64,000 bases of DNA, from the IMG/VR virus record IMGVR_UViG_3300037245_003639; one strand, 5' to 3'. Positions 52,572-62,763 of this stretch are shown piece by piece; position 1 is the first letter of the stretch; the number at the start of each line of letters is the position of its first letter. Origin of the DNA: a virus. The translations under genes and the position numbers were made by a program. The notes under the pieces are model-generated. The model saw nothing but the letters and a program-made list of their open reading frames with translations, ran no database searches and was not told the origin of the DNA.

Positions 52572-53548
52572 AACACACTGGAGTTGATATGTTAGATGCA
52601 TTTGCCAAATATCTGGTAGACGAACGTCATCTGTCTTCAAAGACAGAACGTTTCTACCGAGTGGACGTTCAACACTTCAAACGTTTTCTTGACAACGATG
52701 TATTGCCAACCCGGCAAAATTCTCCCCAGACCAAAGATGTTTTGGATGTTACGAGAGATGATATTCAACTCTTTGCTGATTATCTGACGCGCGACTACAA
52801 ACCCCGCACAATCAATCGCAAGATTGCTGCGCTCGGTGCCTTCTACCGCTTTCTCATCAAGAAGGGTTTTCTGGAGAAATCTCCTATTCATCACGAAAAG
52901 AAACCGGGTGGAGGGTTGGATATCAGAAAACCCCGCGTTCCCAAGGAAGATCTGGTTCATATATCGGATGATAATATCAAGATGTTACTTGAATCCATAG
53001 ACCCAGATAGTAAACTGAGAAAGTTGCGAGACAAAGCCCTTTACAGTCTGATGGCCCTAGCTGGGTTAAAAGCTCCCGAACTACAGTCTATGACTTTGGG
53101 AGACGTGGATATCACTGACAAAACTGTCAAAATAATCCGTAGGAAAGAGTTAGTTTTTATTCCTGTGGACCATGAGTTACTTTCTGTAATCGAAACATAT
53201 TACTTCGCTCGTTTGGACAACAACGACAGCCTCACCGATTCTGACTTTTTGTTTATCAACAAACATGGCAAAAGTCTAAGTTGTCGCAGTATGCGCCGCA
53301 ATCTGGTAAGATACGCGCTGGAAGCAGGTATCCGAGTTAATCCCTCTCAGTTGCGTCATTCCTTTGCCATCAACGCAGTTCGCCAAGGGGTAGATTTGAC
53401 GGTATTGCAGCAACAGCTTGGACACCTTGCTAAGACAACAATGAAAGCTTACAAAATTCCACAGGATATGATTAATCTAGGAGACGCGGCCCCTATCGAG
53501 GAGGTCGAACCCATTGCGGAGGTGACGACTTGTGAGTACGTGGGATAA
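52568..53548 (+). CDS. int: tyrosine recombinase/integrase (XerC/D-like)
   Basis: N-terminal SAM-like core-binding domain (FYRVDVQHFKRFL); C-terminal LRHSFAINAVRQGVDL...LGHLAKTTMKAYKI (R-HxxR-Y catalytic pattern). Confidence 0.75.
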   Translation: MKHTGVDMLDAFAKYLVDERHLSSKTERFYRVDVQHFKRFLDNDVLPTRQNSPQTKDVLDVTRDDIQLFADYLTRDYKPRTINRKIAALGAFYRFLIKKGFLEKSPIHHEKKPGGGLDIRKPRVPKEDLVHISDDNIKMLLESIDPDSKLRKLRDKALYSLMALAGLKAPELQSMTLGDVDITDKTVKIIRRKELVFIPVDHELLSVIETYYFARLDNNDSLTDSDFLFINKHGKSLSCRSMRRNLVRYALEAGIRVNPSQLRHSFAINAVRQGVDLTVLQQQLGHLAKTTMKAYKIPQDMINLGDAAPIEEVEPIAEVTTCEYVG

Positions 53549-53786
53549 CTGGTATTGTCCGAAATGTGGCGCTCATAATCGGGTGGACTTAGGGAATCTG
53601 AATGACCAAACCGCGCCTGACATTGAAGCAGTCGAATGTTATAATTGCAAACATGTCGATTGGATAGACGAACATGCACAGGACTTCTGTCAAATCGAAA
53701 AGCCCGAGGAAGCTTGTTGCGAAGAAGGCCAGCCACCCTGTTCATATTGCGCTGGAACCGGTGTCCGACGTGAAACTAGAAAATGA
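53532..53786 (+). CDS. zinc-ribbon protein
   Basis: CPKCG...CYNCKH...CSYCAGTG. Confidence 0.4.
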   Translation: MSTWDNWYCPKCGAHNRVDLGNLNDQTAPDIEAVECYNCKHVDWIDEHAQDFCQIEKPEEACCEEGQPPCSYCAGTGVRRETRK

Positions 53787-54735
53787 ACTGCAATATCGTC
53801 TTTCATCTGCTGCTGATTTCCTAGAATCCTGCTGGGATGGCAAGCAATTCAGCCATGAGTTCACGCAAGAAGAGAAACCATCGAAAAAGTTCCATGTACT
53901 ACATCATTTACAAGCCATCTCAGTCCTGATATCGCTGGCTGAATTCCTCGGGAGGAATCGCTTGCGATCTATTGCAGATGAAGCTTTTGAACTAACGCTA
54001 TCATGGAAATTCAATAACGGGGACTCCAGCTTCATAGTTTATGATGACGAATCATTTTTAAGTTGGAATGCTCTCACTGCTATCATCCATCTGAAAAGAA
54101 AAGAAATCATCGAGGCCCGCAGTTTTGTGGGTTCTATCCTGGAATGCATCGGGGACGAGACTGTCTCTCCTGTCTATCCCCCCGATTTTGAAAAACCAGC
54201 ATCCTCATTAACAGAAGCCATGTTGGCTCTCATTTTGGTCTCCGCGAAAAACAAAGATGAGGCCCTAGAAGATGCCGCGGCCTATATAGCCGAGATTCTG
54301 CTCAAACAAGGCGTGTTGTACAATCACTACGAGGTATGGGCCTTCACGCTCATGCACAATATCGACCATGATCCCCGTTATCTCCAACGAGCCAGACGCC
54401 AAATCAAAGAATTCAAACAACCTGCTGTTCAAGCCATGACCAGTCTCTTTGCGGCTTGTGCTCAACAGGCATTCTTGGCCGCTTATCCGCACGATGAATG
54501 GTTGGGACAAGATAAAAAACATGCCAATCAGCTTCATATGAAAATTCTGAACCAACAAGTTGCCCTGCAAGTGGACAAAGATAAGTCCTTCAAGTGGCCC
54601 CCTGAATTCTATGGAGCTTTCATCCTGCGTAAGACCCGCCCCAATATCCGCCTGGATTATGTCCTGCAAAATGCCATGGCCATAATGCAATATATTTCGC
54701 ACTTGACAAACCAGAAAGCCCTTGCTATCATTTGA
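53770..54735 (+). CDS. hypothetical alpha-helical protein (start uncertain, possibly GTG)
   Basis: Long ORF in track (53674..54735) overlapping the upstream gene; no recognisable motifs. Confidence 0.4.
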   Translation: MKLENELQYRLSSAADFLESCWDGKQFSHEFTQEEKPSKKFHVLHHLQAISVLISLAEFLGRNRLRSIADEAFELTLSWKFNNGDSSFIVYDDESFLSWNALTAIIHLKRKEIIEARSFVGSILECIGDETVSPVYPPDFEKPASSLTEAMLALILVSAKNKDEALEDAAAYIAEILLKQGVLYNHYEVWAFTLMHNIDHDPRYLQRARRQIKEFKQPAVQAMTSLFAACAQQAFLAAYPHDEWLGQDKKHANQLHMKILNQQVALQVDKDKSFKWPPEFYGAFILRKTRPNIRLDYVLQNAMAIMQYISHLTNQKALAII

Positions 54736-54744
54736 GTTTAGGAG

Positions 54745-55836
54745 TTGAAGATGCAAGAAAGAGAATTCGCGGAGAAATACTGTATCTTTCGGTGCCGGTC
54801 TGGCTCCCATGCTTATGGTACGTCCTTGCCTACGTCCGACGTAGACACCCGGGGTGTATTTATCGCGCCCCCGTCCCATATCCTCAGTTGCGTTCATAAA
54901 ATTGAGCAGGCTGAGGACAAGGCGACCGATACCGTCATCTTCGAGCTGAAGAAATTCATGAACATGGCAGCCAACTGTAACCCGAATATCATCGAGTTGC
55001 TGTTTACTGACGAGCGAAATATACTGTTCATGCATGATACTTTCCGCCGAATCCGAGAGCATGCTCATCTATTCTTATCCAGAAAGGCGAAGCATACTTT
55101 CAGCGGATATGCTATGTCTCAGTTACAGCGTATCAAAGGACATAACAAGTGGATCAACAACCCGCAGCCCGAACAAACTCCGAGCATGGCGGATTTCTGT
55201 CGGTTCATTGGTACGAATGGAGCCGTTCGTCGTGATAATATGGCCATTCGCGCTTTGTCCAAGGTTTGTTTCTTGGCAAAGACTTTTGGTGCAACCCAAT
55301 TTAGGGTTTACCATTCGCCTGAGTTTTTCGCAGAAAAAGTTGGTTTCTTCAACGAAAACGAAACTCAGCCGAAATATGTCAATATTGATGATGAAACGTT
55401 AGCTCGCAGGGCAACGTATAAGGGTTTCTTGTGGATTAACATAGACGAGTTCAAAACTCTCTACAAAGAATGGAGCCAGTATTGGGAATGGAAAAACAAT
55501 CGCAATGAAGTTCGGGCTGAGTTAGAAGCACGGCATGGTTACGATACCAAACATGCTATGCATCTTGTTCGCCTAATGCGTATGGCACAGGAAATTCTTA
55601 CCGAAGGTAAGGTTATTGTTCGTCGTCCTGATGCTGCTGAGTTGCTTCGTATTCGTGCTGGTGAATTCGATTACGAATGGCTGCTCAACTGGGCTAAAGA
55701 AATGGATGAGAAACTCAACGAAGCCGACAAGAAGTCCGAACTTCAGTTTGCTGCTGATTATGAGGGAATTGATGCTCTCTACAGGGAAACAGTTCTTCAG
55801 TATTGGAGAGAACACAAACTCCTTAACTATGCATAA
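54745..55836 (+). CDS. nucleotidyltransferase-fold protein (Pol-beta superfamily)
   Basis: RCRSGSHAYGTSLPTSDVDTRGVFIAP matches the GS-x9-13-DxD Pol-beta-type NTase motif; RBS GGAGTTGAAGATG. Confidence 0.55.
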   Translation: MKMQEREFAEKYCIFRCRSGSHAYGTSLPTSDVDTRGVFIAPPSHILSCVHKIEQAEDKATDTVIFELKKFMNMAANCNPNIIELLFTDERNILFMHDTFRRIREHAHLFLSRKAKHTFSGYAMSQLQRIKGHNKWINNPQPEQTPSMADFCRFIGTNGAVRRDNMAIRALSKVCFLAKTFGATQFRVYHSPEFFAEKVGFFNENETQPKYVNIDDETLARRATYKGFLWINIDEFKTLYKEWSQYWEWKNNRNEVRAELEARHGYDTKHAMHLVRLMRMAQEILTEGKVIVRRPDAAELLRIRAGEFDYEWLLNWAKEMDEKLNEADKKSELQFAADYEGIDALYRETVLQYWREHKLLNYA

Positions 55837-56603
55837 ACTATAGGTGGTGGGTCCGCATCTATATCGGGGGTTGGTCCTGGTGCAGTCTCCCATCCTGTCA
55901 ACAAGCCAGCATCCCGGTTATCATAATCTTCCGGGACTGGTTTGTCTATATATAATCCTCGTGTATCCCAGAAATATTCGCTTCCGAGCAACGTCATCCC
56001 CCCTCCAATATAGGCTCGAAAAGCCTCTGCGAAGGTGGGATAACCGCTTTCTGTTTCCAGTTGGTCTTTGAACCATACCCTCCATATGTTCGGTATATTT
56101 GGAGTGGTGATATCTATTTCGGATGGAACATATAACGAGAAGAATTTGACATGCTTCAAACTGCGTTCATCCTCTATGATGTTCAAAACAATAGGAGTGA
56201 ACCCGGGAGTATCGATTTCTATAGCTCGACCGGCAAAATAAACAGTCAGAGTCTCTAAGTCAGTTCTGTTTGAAATAATAAGTTCTTTGGAAATTTGGAT
56301 ATCAAAGCGATTAGAATAAAGAACTTCACCACCAGAACCACCATCATCAGATGAAATCTCCATGTCCATTCGAATTCTCCTGTCACCCAAAGCAACTTCT
56401 TCTAGAGTGCGAGTGAGTTCGACATGATAACCAGAATTATCAGCGGCCAGAACTGAGAAGACGGTTTGACCTTGGTTCATCAAGAAAATGGATGCGATAA
56501 AATCTTGCGTATTAAGTTCGAAAGAATGAGAATCTACATCCGGAGTATAACTCAGGAGAGTTCTTCCTTTGCGGGGTTTACCAGCAGTCTCATTCACGGC
56601 CAT
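55827..56603 (-). CDS. hypothetical protein
   Basis: 258-aa minus-strand ORF between + genes. Confidence 0.4.
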   Translation of the reverse strand: MAVNETAGKPRKGRTLLSYTPDVDSHSFELNTQDFIASIFLMNQGQTVFSVLAADNSGYHVELTRTLEEVALGDRRIRMDMEISSDDGGSGGEVLYSNRFDIQISKELIISNRTDLETLTVYFAGRAIEIDTPGFTPIVLNIIEDERSLKHVKFFSLYVPSEIDITTPNIPNIWRVWFKDQLETESGYPTFAEAFRAYIGGGMTLLGSEYFWDTRGLYIDKPVPEDYDNRDAGLLTGWETAPGPTPDIDADPPPIVYA

Positions 56604-56696
56604 TTATGGCTCCTCACCGATAATTTCGTGGAAGAGGAGCTGATATCCTGCCTATTTACAGTTGACACGGGCTTTGGTTGCTGGTAAGATGCTTTC

Positions 56697-57395
56697 ATGT
56701 ATTGGTTTACAGCAGACACGCACTTTAATCATGCTAACGTCATCAAATACTGCCAGCGTCCGTTCGCGTCCGTAGATGAGATGAACCAAGCGCTAATTGA
56801 CAATATCAACGAACGGGTTCAGCCAGGAGATACGCTATATCATCTGGGCGACTTCTCTTTTGGGCGTCGAGACAGAAAGACCAATGATGCCGCTAAATAT
56901 CTGGAACGGATCAGATGCAAAAATGTCATGATTATTCCAGGTAACCATGACCCTCATCACGCTAATGGGTTACCTCGTAAAGAGTTTGCCCAATTATTTG
57001 CGGGCTGCTATCCCTTCTTTCGCCTGAAAGCAGAGTTGGCAGGTGTACGCGCTGAAATATTCATGTTCCACTATGCTTGCCGGGTTTGGATGAAATCGCA
57101 TCATGGAACATGGCATTTATACGGACATTCTCACGGTACTCTGGAAGATCTGCCAAACTCAATGTCGCTTGACATTGGGGTGGATTCCCATAATTATCGA
57201 CCATTGAATATTGCGGATATAGCTGCGTTGATGGCTAAGAAGACATTCACGCCAATCGACCATCACGGGGACCAGGGTGGTCTCGATTTGAAGGGAGCAT
57301 TGGCGAAGATTCGGGATTATGACCCCGACGATTCCGACCCGCTGTATCGCAATGCTGTGCGACAGTTCGCAAACGAAGGCATGGGCGAGGGATAA
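56697..57395 (+). CDS. calcineurin-like metallophosphoesterase
   Basis: FTADTHF, GDFSFG and IIPGNHD metal-binding motifs. Confidence 0.7.
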   Translation: MYWFTADTHFNHANVIKYCQRPFASVDEMNQALIDNINERVQPGDTLYHLGDFSFGRRDRKTNDAAKYLERIRCKNVMIIPGNHDPHHANGLPRKEFAQLFAGCYPFFRLKAELAGVRAEIFMFHYACRVWMKSHHGTWHLYGHSHGTLEDLPNSMSLDIGVDSHNYRPLNIADIAALMAKKTFTPIDHHGDQGGLDLKGALAKIRDYDPDDSDPLYRNAVRQFANEGMGEG

Positions 57396-58513
57396 TGCCC
57401 ACTGAACTAAACGTTGACAGGTTGAATCAGAAAGCCCTTGGGGCGCTAGTCGGAGTTGTGTCCGGTGATATCCACGGTCTGCCGGTTGAATGTCAGTCGC
57501 CGACCGCCATTCGCGATAAAGTGGGATACGTGGACGAACCGATTTCCTGCAAACATCATCCTTATAAAAGTGTAGCCCGACGAGCAAAGGGAACAAAATC
57601 GGATGACTCACAATTAACATTCGCCATGATGACATCGCTCACTCGGCAAGGTGGCTACAATCTCGATGATATCAAGAAGGCTCACGTTGAAGCCGCAGAT
57701 GGTGCTTACGGAACTCCTGTAGGATGGGGAGGCTCTACCAGAACTTCTATAGACAAAATGCGGGAAGGCAAGCGAGTTACTATGGCCCCCGAAGGGGCTG
57801 GCAATGGGCCTGTTATCAAGATAACGCCCTTAGCCATCTACTGTGTCTATCGTTGCCTGGAAACTCCGCATCGTCGTTTCACTAACAGCTTCAATCTTTC
57901 TCTATTGAAGAAGTGTAGAGAGGTCAGCCAACTTACTCATGGCGACCCAGCTTGTATCGTTGCTGCCTATTGTCAATGTAGAATGGTGATCCGAGCCCTG
58001 CAAGACGAGCTTCCTAAAGAATCTCGCTCAGTTGCAACTATGTTCATTGAGGATGCTCAATGGGCAGAAGCGCATATCGAGGCTAAAGACCTTCATTTGG
58101 CCCAAAGGATAGAAGATGTTTTGCGTTGGGAGATGGGATTCGCAGGTCCGAGTGTTATAGACGGCCCGATTCAGCGGCGAATGGCCGAGTTGAATCCTGG
58201 TCATTTACGCTCATTCGATATTGAAACTGGACGAATGTCGTCCATGATTTGTACAGAGCATAGTTCGTACATCTATAACTCTTATCCGTTGGTAGCATAT
58301 TGCACAGCAAAATATCTACCTTATAGGAATTTTCGTCATGCTCTATTAGAAACAGTCAACGCTGGAGCAGACGCTGATAGCAATGCCAGCATGGTGGGGG
58401 CCATTATGGGCGCTCATTTGGGCTTTGATGGAATTCCCGAAGAGATGGTCAAATGCACCAAAGATTGGTCAAAAGTGCTTGTCAGAATCAGACATTTTGT
58501 CCGGCATTTGTAG
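57395..58513 (+). CDS. ADP-ribosylglycohydrolase family protein
   Basis: N-terminal ALGALVGVVSGDIHGLPVE (ARH GxxxGxxxGDALG pattern); 372 aa. Confidence 0.7.
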   Translation: MPTELNVDRLNQKALGALVGVVSGDIHGLPVECQSPTAIRDKVGYVDEPISCKHHPYKSVARRAKGTKSDDSQLTFAMMTSLTRQGGYNLDDIKKAHVEAADGAYGTPVGWGGSTRTSIDKMREGKRVTMAPEGAGNGPVIKITPLAIYCVYRCLETPHRRFTNSFNLSLLKKCREVSQLTHGDPACIVAAYCQCRMVIRALQDELPKESRSVATMFIEDAQWAEAHIEAKDLHLAQRIEDVLRWEMGFAGPSVIDGPIQRRMAELNPGHLRSFDIETGRMSSMICTEHSSYIYNSYPLVAYCTAKYLPYRNFRHALLETVNAGADADSNASMVGAIMGAHLGFDGIPEEMVKCTKDWSKVLVRIRHFVRHL

Positions 58514-58649
58514 GAAAACAGAATGTCATGGTTCCTTTTTTTTGTGGTCCTATTTCTATTAGTGTTCTCTGGCTGTCCAAAAAAACTCCTTGACCTACCA
58601 GCCAACAATTGGAAAGCTTCCTTCATGAGGCAAGCTAAACCCCCTTGCT

Positions 58650-59285
58650 ATGGAGGAAGAAATGGCAGATCTACAGCGACATTCGGATGAAGGCTGGATT
58701 AAAGAAGGGATGATTCTTTATTATGAAACCCCTGATCTGCAAACAGCCAAAGTCACTTCGGGACATCGAGTTGGTCAGACTTTGGAGTTGCCTAAAAAAA
58801 CAGATGTAGAGTTCCGAACAGAAATCCTGATCAAAGTCCGGGTAAAAAGCCGCAGTTTCTATTGCAAAGCTCTTGTCCTTGGAATAAAAGAGAACACTTT
58901 TACAGTCCAATTACCACACACTGGCTGGAAGAGTTTGCCTCGCAAACGCTTCTTCCGTATCAAACTCTCACGGTGGGGCCGTTTCAATGAGAATACTGCC
59001 AACATCAAAGACATATCTGTGGCAGGAGCAGCTATTGAAGTCACTGATCCAAACGGACTCACAGAGGGCATGCAATACAAATTCCAAACCGGTAGATTCA
59101 CCACTTCTGCCAGGATCAACGAAATCACAGGAAATAGGGTCAGAGTTCAATTCCCAATCAGAGACAATCTGAGTATGGACTTGAATTGCATCGTTCGAGA
59201 CTGTTATCGACAAGAAAAGGAACAAGGGATCGGGGAAATAAGGAATAGGAAAACTGAACCTTTTAGTCGAATAGCGAGTGCATGA
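58650..59285 (+). CDS. PilZ domain protein (c-di-GMP receptor-like)
   Basis: RKRFFRIKL (RxxxR) followed by IKDISVAGAAIEV (D-x-S-x-x-G), the two halves of the PilZ c-di-GMP-binding signature; an N-terminal YcgR-like domain is possible. Confidence 0.55.
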   Translation: MEEEMADLQRHSDEGWIKEGMILYYETPDLQTAKVTSGHRVGQTLELPKKTDVEFRTEILIKVRVKSRSFYCKALVLGIKENTFTVQLPHTGWKSLPRKRFFRIKLSRWGRFNENTANIKDISVAGAAIEVTDPNGLTEGMQYKFQTGRFTTSARINEITGNRVRVQFPIRDNLSMDLNCIVRDCYRQEKEQGIGEIRNRKTEPFSRIASA

Positions 59286-59749
59286 AGAATGCTCTATTCT
59301 GTGTCTTAATTTGTCTCACAATGTTCCTTGTGGGCTGTATAGCTTACAAGGACATTGTGCTTCGCCCCGCCTTCGACCATCGTTTTTCGCCTGACGATTT
59401 TGGTTATCAGTTTTCATACGTGCCACTGATAACCGTTACATTTCCAGACCACAGTTTATGCATTCCGCCTATTGTTGTTGTTTCGAACATTTACACGGTT
59501 TTTCAGACCCAATGGGACTATAATATAGAACTACAGATTCAAAGAGTCGATGAGCCTAAACTGTTTATCTACTCGTCCGAGGACGAAGTGGCTCCTTATA
59601 TGGGCGGTCTTCGAGTATTCCAACAGGCTCCAGAACCCAAAGAGCTATGGACGGTTTATGGTGAACATGGAAAAATGGTGCGAGAAGACCAAGAAAAATA
59701 CGAGGAGAAGCTTATCGGCTGGATGAATAGTATTTTACATGCGGATTAA
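59282..59749 (+). CDS. lipoprotein
   Basis: Signal peptide with lipobox LVGC. Confidence 0.5.
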   Translation: MKNALFCVLICLTMFLVGCIAYKDIVLRPAFDHRFSPDDFGYQFSYVPLITVTFPDHSLCIPPIVVVSNIYTVFQTQWDYNIELQIQRVDEPKLFIYSSEDEVAPYMGGLRVFQQAPEPKELWTVYGEHGKMVREDQEKYEEKLIGWMNSILHAD

Positions 59750-59764
59750 TCCGAGGAGACTCTC

Positions 59765-60394
59765 ATGGATAAACAGGATGCTAAGAGAATAGGCAATCAG
59801 CATAGCCCGCTGTTAGCTCAGCTTATCAAAGCTGCTGAAGGTGTAAAATCAAAGGAAGTTACACCATTCAAAGATACCATCATCAAGATTGCGTCAGACA
59901 CCCCACCATCACTCAAGGAAACCCTGGCAAAAATCGCGGTAGACACTGAGAAACGTACCAGATTTATGAAACAAGCTCAGTTTGATACTCCCCCCACTGC
60001 GGAACCTGACTTTGACGGCATGGCCGCTGGCGGAAGCCCGGAGCTGGGAGATACTCCAATGGGAGATACTCCAATGGAAGAATATCCAGATGAAGAACCT
60101 GGTGGCGATATGGAGGAGGCCAAGCAGCATCTCGCCGATGCTCTGGTTTCTCTTTGTGGAGGCGTGGATGAAGCGATGGAATGTCTCCAATCCAGTGGAG
60201 ACATTGGAGATGAACTGGAGATGGGTGAAGAACTTGGCGACGATATGGTTCCATCAGAGTTGCTCGGTGGAGAGCCAGAGCAAGAACCGGAACCAGCGCC
60301 AGCAGATATGATGAAACCCATGGTGCAAGAGCCAATGACACAAGAGCCATCACTTATGGGTCAGAATCCAATCAAACAAACTCCGCTCATGTAA
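59765..60394 (+). CDS. acidic hypothetical protein
   Basis: 209 aa, Asp/Glu/Pro-rich, with repeated DTPMG. Confidence 0.5.
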   Translation: MDKQDAKRIGNQHSPLLAQLIKAAEGVKSKEVTPFKDTIIKIASDTPPSLKETLAKIAVDTEKRTRFMKQAQFDTPPTAEPDFDGMAAGGSPELGDTPMGDTPMEEYPDEEPGGDMEEAKQHLADALVSLCGGVDEAMECLQSSGDIGDELEMGEELGDDMVPSELLGGEPEQEPEPAPADMMKPMVQEPMTQEPSLMGQNPIKQTPLM

Positions 60395-60465
60395 AGTCTC
60401 TTTGTAAAAGAACAAGCCCAGTGCAACTATTGCGCTGGGCTTTTCATTTAAGAGTATAATGTAAC

Positions 60466-61410
60466 ATGGGTACCGAAAACGAACATACTGAGCTTTTCGT
60501 CAAAGGAACTATCATCGGGCATCTCATTGGAGATGCATTAGGATATCCTTACGAAAATGCAGAGAACGTTCTCCAATATCAGATTGAAATGGTCAATGGT
60601 CGTCACGGAGAACTTGATGGTTCCTGGTCAATGCCTGGAGCTTTTGCTTTAGCCACAATGGCCAGCGTCAATGAGTATAACGGTCTCGATCTTGATGATG
60701 TAATGGAAAAGTTCAATGATGTCTACATTGCTGGTTATCTCACTCCCAATCAGGAATGTAAAGATCTCGGACCAACTACGACTGAAGCGATCAAAAACTA
60801 TACCAATGGAATGCCAGTAGATCGTTGCGGGGTCCGAACAGAAACAATGGATAACGATTGTCTGGCACGTATTCTGCCAGTTGGTCTATATTTTGCGTCG
60901 AGTCCAATCGACGAACTCATAGATAACGCTCATATGGTATGTCGCTTGACCCATGCTAATGCTCATTGTGAAGTCACATGTGCAGCGTATTGCATGGTAA
61001 TTCGCAATCTGCTGTTACAGCGGCCTGAGAAGGCTCTCGAATTACTCGATGATTACTATCGAACCAAAAAAATGAATGAACACATACAGGCTTTAGGTAA
61101 CTTTAATGAGTATAGAGATGTAAGAAATCCGACTGGGATCAAACACGTATTCGACAGTTTTTGGAGTGCGTGGAGTTGCCACGCTCGCAACGAACATGAT
61201 TTCGCATGTTGCGTTACAGACGCAGTATATTTAGGGAATGACACGAACACAACTGCTGCTATTGCAGGAGCAATCTCAGCGCTATCGAACGGGCTGAACG
61301 ATATCCCTTATAAGTGGTTACAAGTGCTTAGAATCAACAACGAAGTAATGGAGATTACCCAAACGTTTGTGAATTCGGTGATAGAGAGAAACCTGCAAAC
61401 AGTAGAATGA
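60466..61410 (+). CDS. ADP-ribosylglycohydrolase family protein (second copy)
   Basis: GTIIGHLIGDALGYPYE ARH signature; 314 aa; GAGTATAATG promoter box upstream. Confidence 0.7.
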   Translation: MGTENEHTELFVKGTIIGHLIGDALGYPYENAENVLQYQIEMVNGRHGELDGSWSMPGAFALATMASVNEYNGLDLDDVMEKFNDVYIAGYLTPNQECKDLGPTTTEAIKNYTNGMPVDRCGVRTETMDNDCLARILPVGLYFASSPIDELIDNAHMVCRLTHANAHCEVTCAAYCMVIRNLLLQRPEKALELLDDYYRTKKMNEHIQALGNFNEYRDVRNPTGIKHVFDSFWSAWSCHARNEHDFACCVTDAVYLGNDTNTTAAIAGAISALSNGLNDIPYKWLQVLRINNEVMEITQTFVNSVIERNLQTVE

Positions 61411-61530
61411 GTCACCTCCCTCTTCGACTCCTTTTCATTTCATCCACGGGCCTCTACAGGAGTCGAACTTTTGTGCAGGAAACTCAGCAACTTTGTAGAA
61501 CGAGTATAATGAGACTCAAGGAGGTTTGCG

Positions 61531-61740
61531 GTGAAAGGTATCGTCAAATGGTTCAGTAGAGACAAAGCCTACGGATTCATCGTCCCAGATGACGATGAAA
61601 ACAAAAAAGACATATTTGTCCACGCAAATGACATTCAGGATGAAGGCCACACACTGATTGATGGACAGCATGTGGAATTTGAAGTTGAGACTGGCTCAAA
61701 AGGCCGCAAAGCCAGTAGTGTAAAAGTTGTCCCTAATTAA
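61531..61740 (+). CDS. cspA: cold-shock protein (CspA family)
   Basis: GIVKWFSRDKAYGFI (RNP1-like) and VFVHANDI (RNP2-like); 69 aa; GTG start with RBS AAGGAGG. Confidence 0.8.
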   Translation: MKGIVKWFSRDKAYGFIVPDDDENKKDIFVHANDIQDEGHTLIDGQHVEFEVETGSKGRKASSVKVVPN

Positions 61741-61753
61741 GAGAGAAAGAAAC

Positions 61754-61969
61754 ATGATTCGAGTAAGAGTGGATGGAGATGGAGATAGAGATATAAGCAT
61801 TGCACTCCGCAAGTTGAAAAAGCTTATCGAAAAAGACGGCTTGATGAAGGAAATCAAGAAGCACGAATACTACGAAAAACCGTCTGAAAAACGGCGACGG
61901 GCAGCAGTACGTCGCCTGAAAATGATTCGTAAAGCTCAGGAAGAAGCCCGAGAAAAACAAGGTTTCTAA
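61754..61969 (+). CDS. rpsU: ribosomal protein bS21 homolog
   Basis: IRVRVDGDGDRDISIALRKLKKLIEKDGLMKEIKKHEYYEKPSEKRRRAAVRRLKMIRK parallels bacterial S21 ([56 protein letters not shown]). Confidence 0.65.
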   Translation: MIRVRVDGDGDRDISIALRKLKKLIEKDGLMKEIKKHEYYEKPSEKRRRAAVRRLKMIRKAQEEAREKQGF

Positions 61970-62289
61970 CCTGTATCATCATTGCTACACGATATTTATC
62001 ATATCGTGGGATTTTCCCCGAAGCAAAAATTTGACACGTTGTATGATCCTTGATAGGCTTTCCGTATGCCTTCATGTTTCATACGGCGAGATAGCAGAAG
62101 AGAAACATTCGGTTAGTCTTGGTGACGATTAGAATGTTCATCCGAAGTATCTCAGAGGAGACAAGAATGACGTGGTTTTTCAGTTGGTTTTCTGAAACTT
62201 TTGTGAGTTGGCTGCTTGGCTTTTGGGCTGACGGCCTTGGAACTGTCTGGACGGGTTTGTTTACCTAAACTCATCCAAGGAAAGGAAAT

Positions 62290-62727
62290 TTGATGGTTAG
62301 AACATCAACATCACTATTACTGGTAGCCGCACTTCTACTCTGTACGGGTTGCGTCAGCGGCGGAAAATGGTTTGAGGGATTCGACAGCCAAGGATGGGAT
62401 GTCAAGAAAACCTACGCCAAGACGAAATTTGGTCCTGAATGCCGAGAGAATGCCGACGGTGATAGCAGCACCCGTTGGACCGCTCAAATGGGTCTTTGGA
62501 CCGAAATGGACAACAGTCACAAAGTCGGCGTCACTTACCGTCGTCGCGATGTTGACGGCGGTGGTGGAGGCCATGATAATGCCTTCTGGCTGGAATGGGA
62601 GATTCCCATTTGGAAGGCACCCGAGAGATCGGCCACAGCCCAGATACGCATGGAAGAGCGACTGGCCTTGCTGGAAGCTGATCGAGACGGCAACAATGCA
62701 AATGCTCGTCTTAAGGCAAGTCCGTAA
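62290..62727 (+). CDS. lipoprotein
   Basis: Signal peptide with lipobox LLLCTGC; Gly-rich. Confidence 0.5.
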   Translation: MMVRTSTSLLLVAALLLCTGCVSGGKWFEGFDSQGWDVKKTYAKTKFGPECRENADGDSSTRWTAQMGLWTEMDNSHKVGVTYRRRDVDGGGGGHDNAFWLEWEIPIWKAPERSATAQIRMEERLALLEADRDGNNANARLKASP

Positions 62728-62763
62728 CAACGCGAAAGCCGAAGGGGCCGAAAGGCCCCTTCT

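Noticed and set aside
54265-55068. 267-aa minus ORF overlapping the nucleotidyltransferase gene
   Set aside because: The plus-strand ORF has the GS...DxD NTase motif and an RBS; the minus ORF is featureless.
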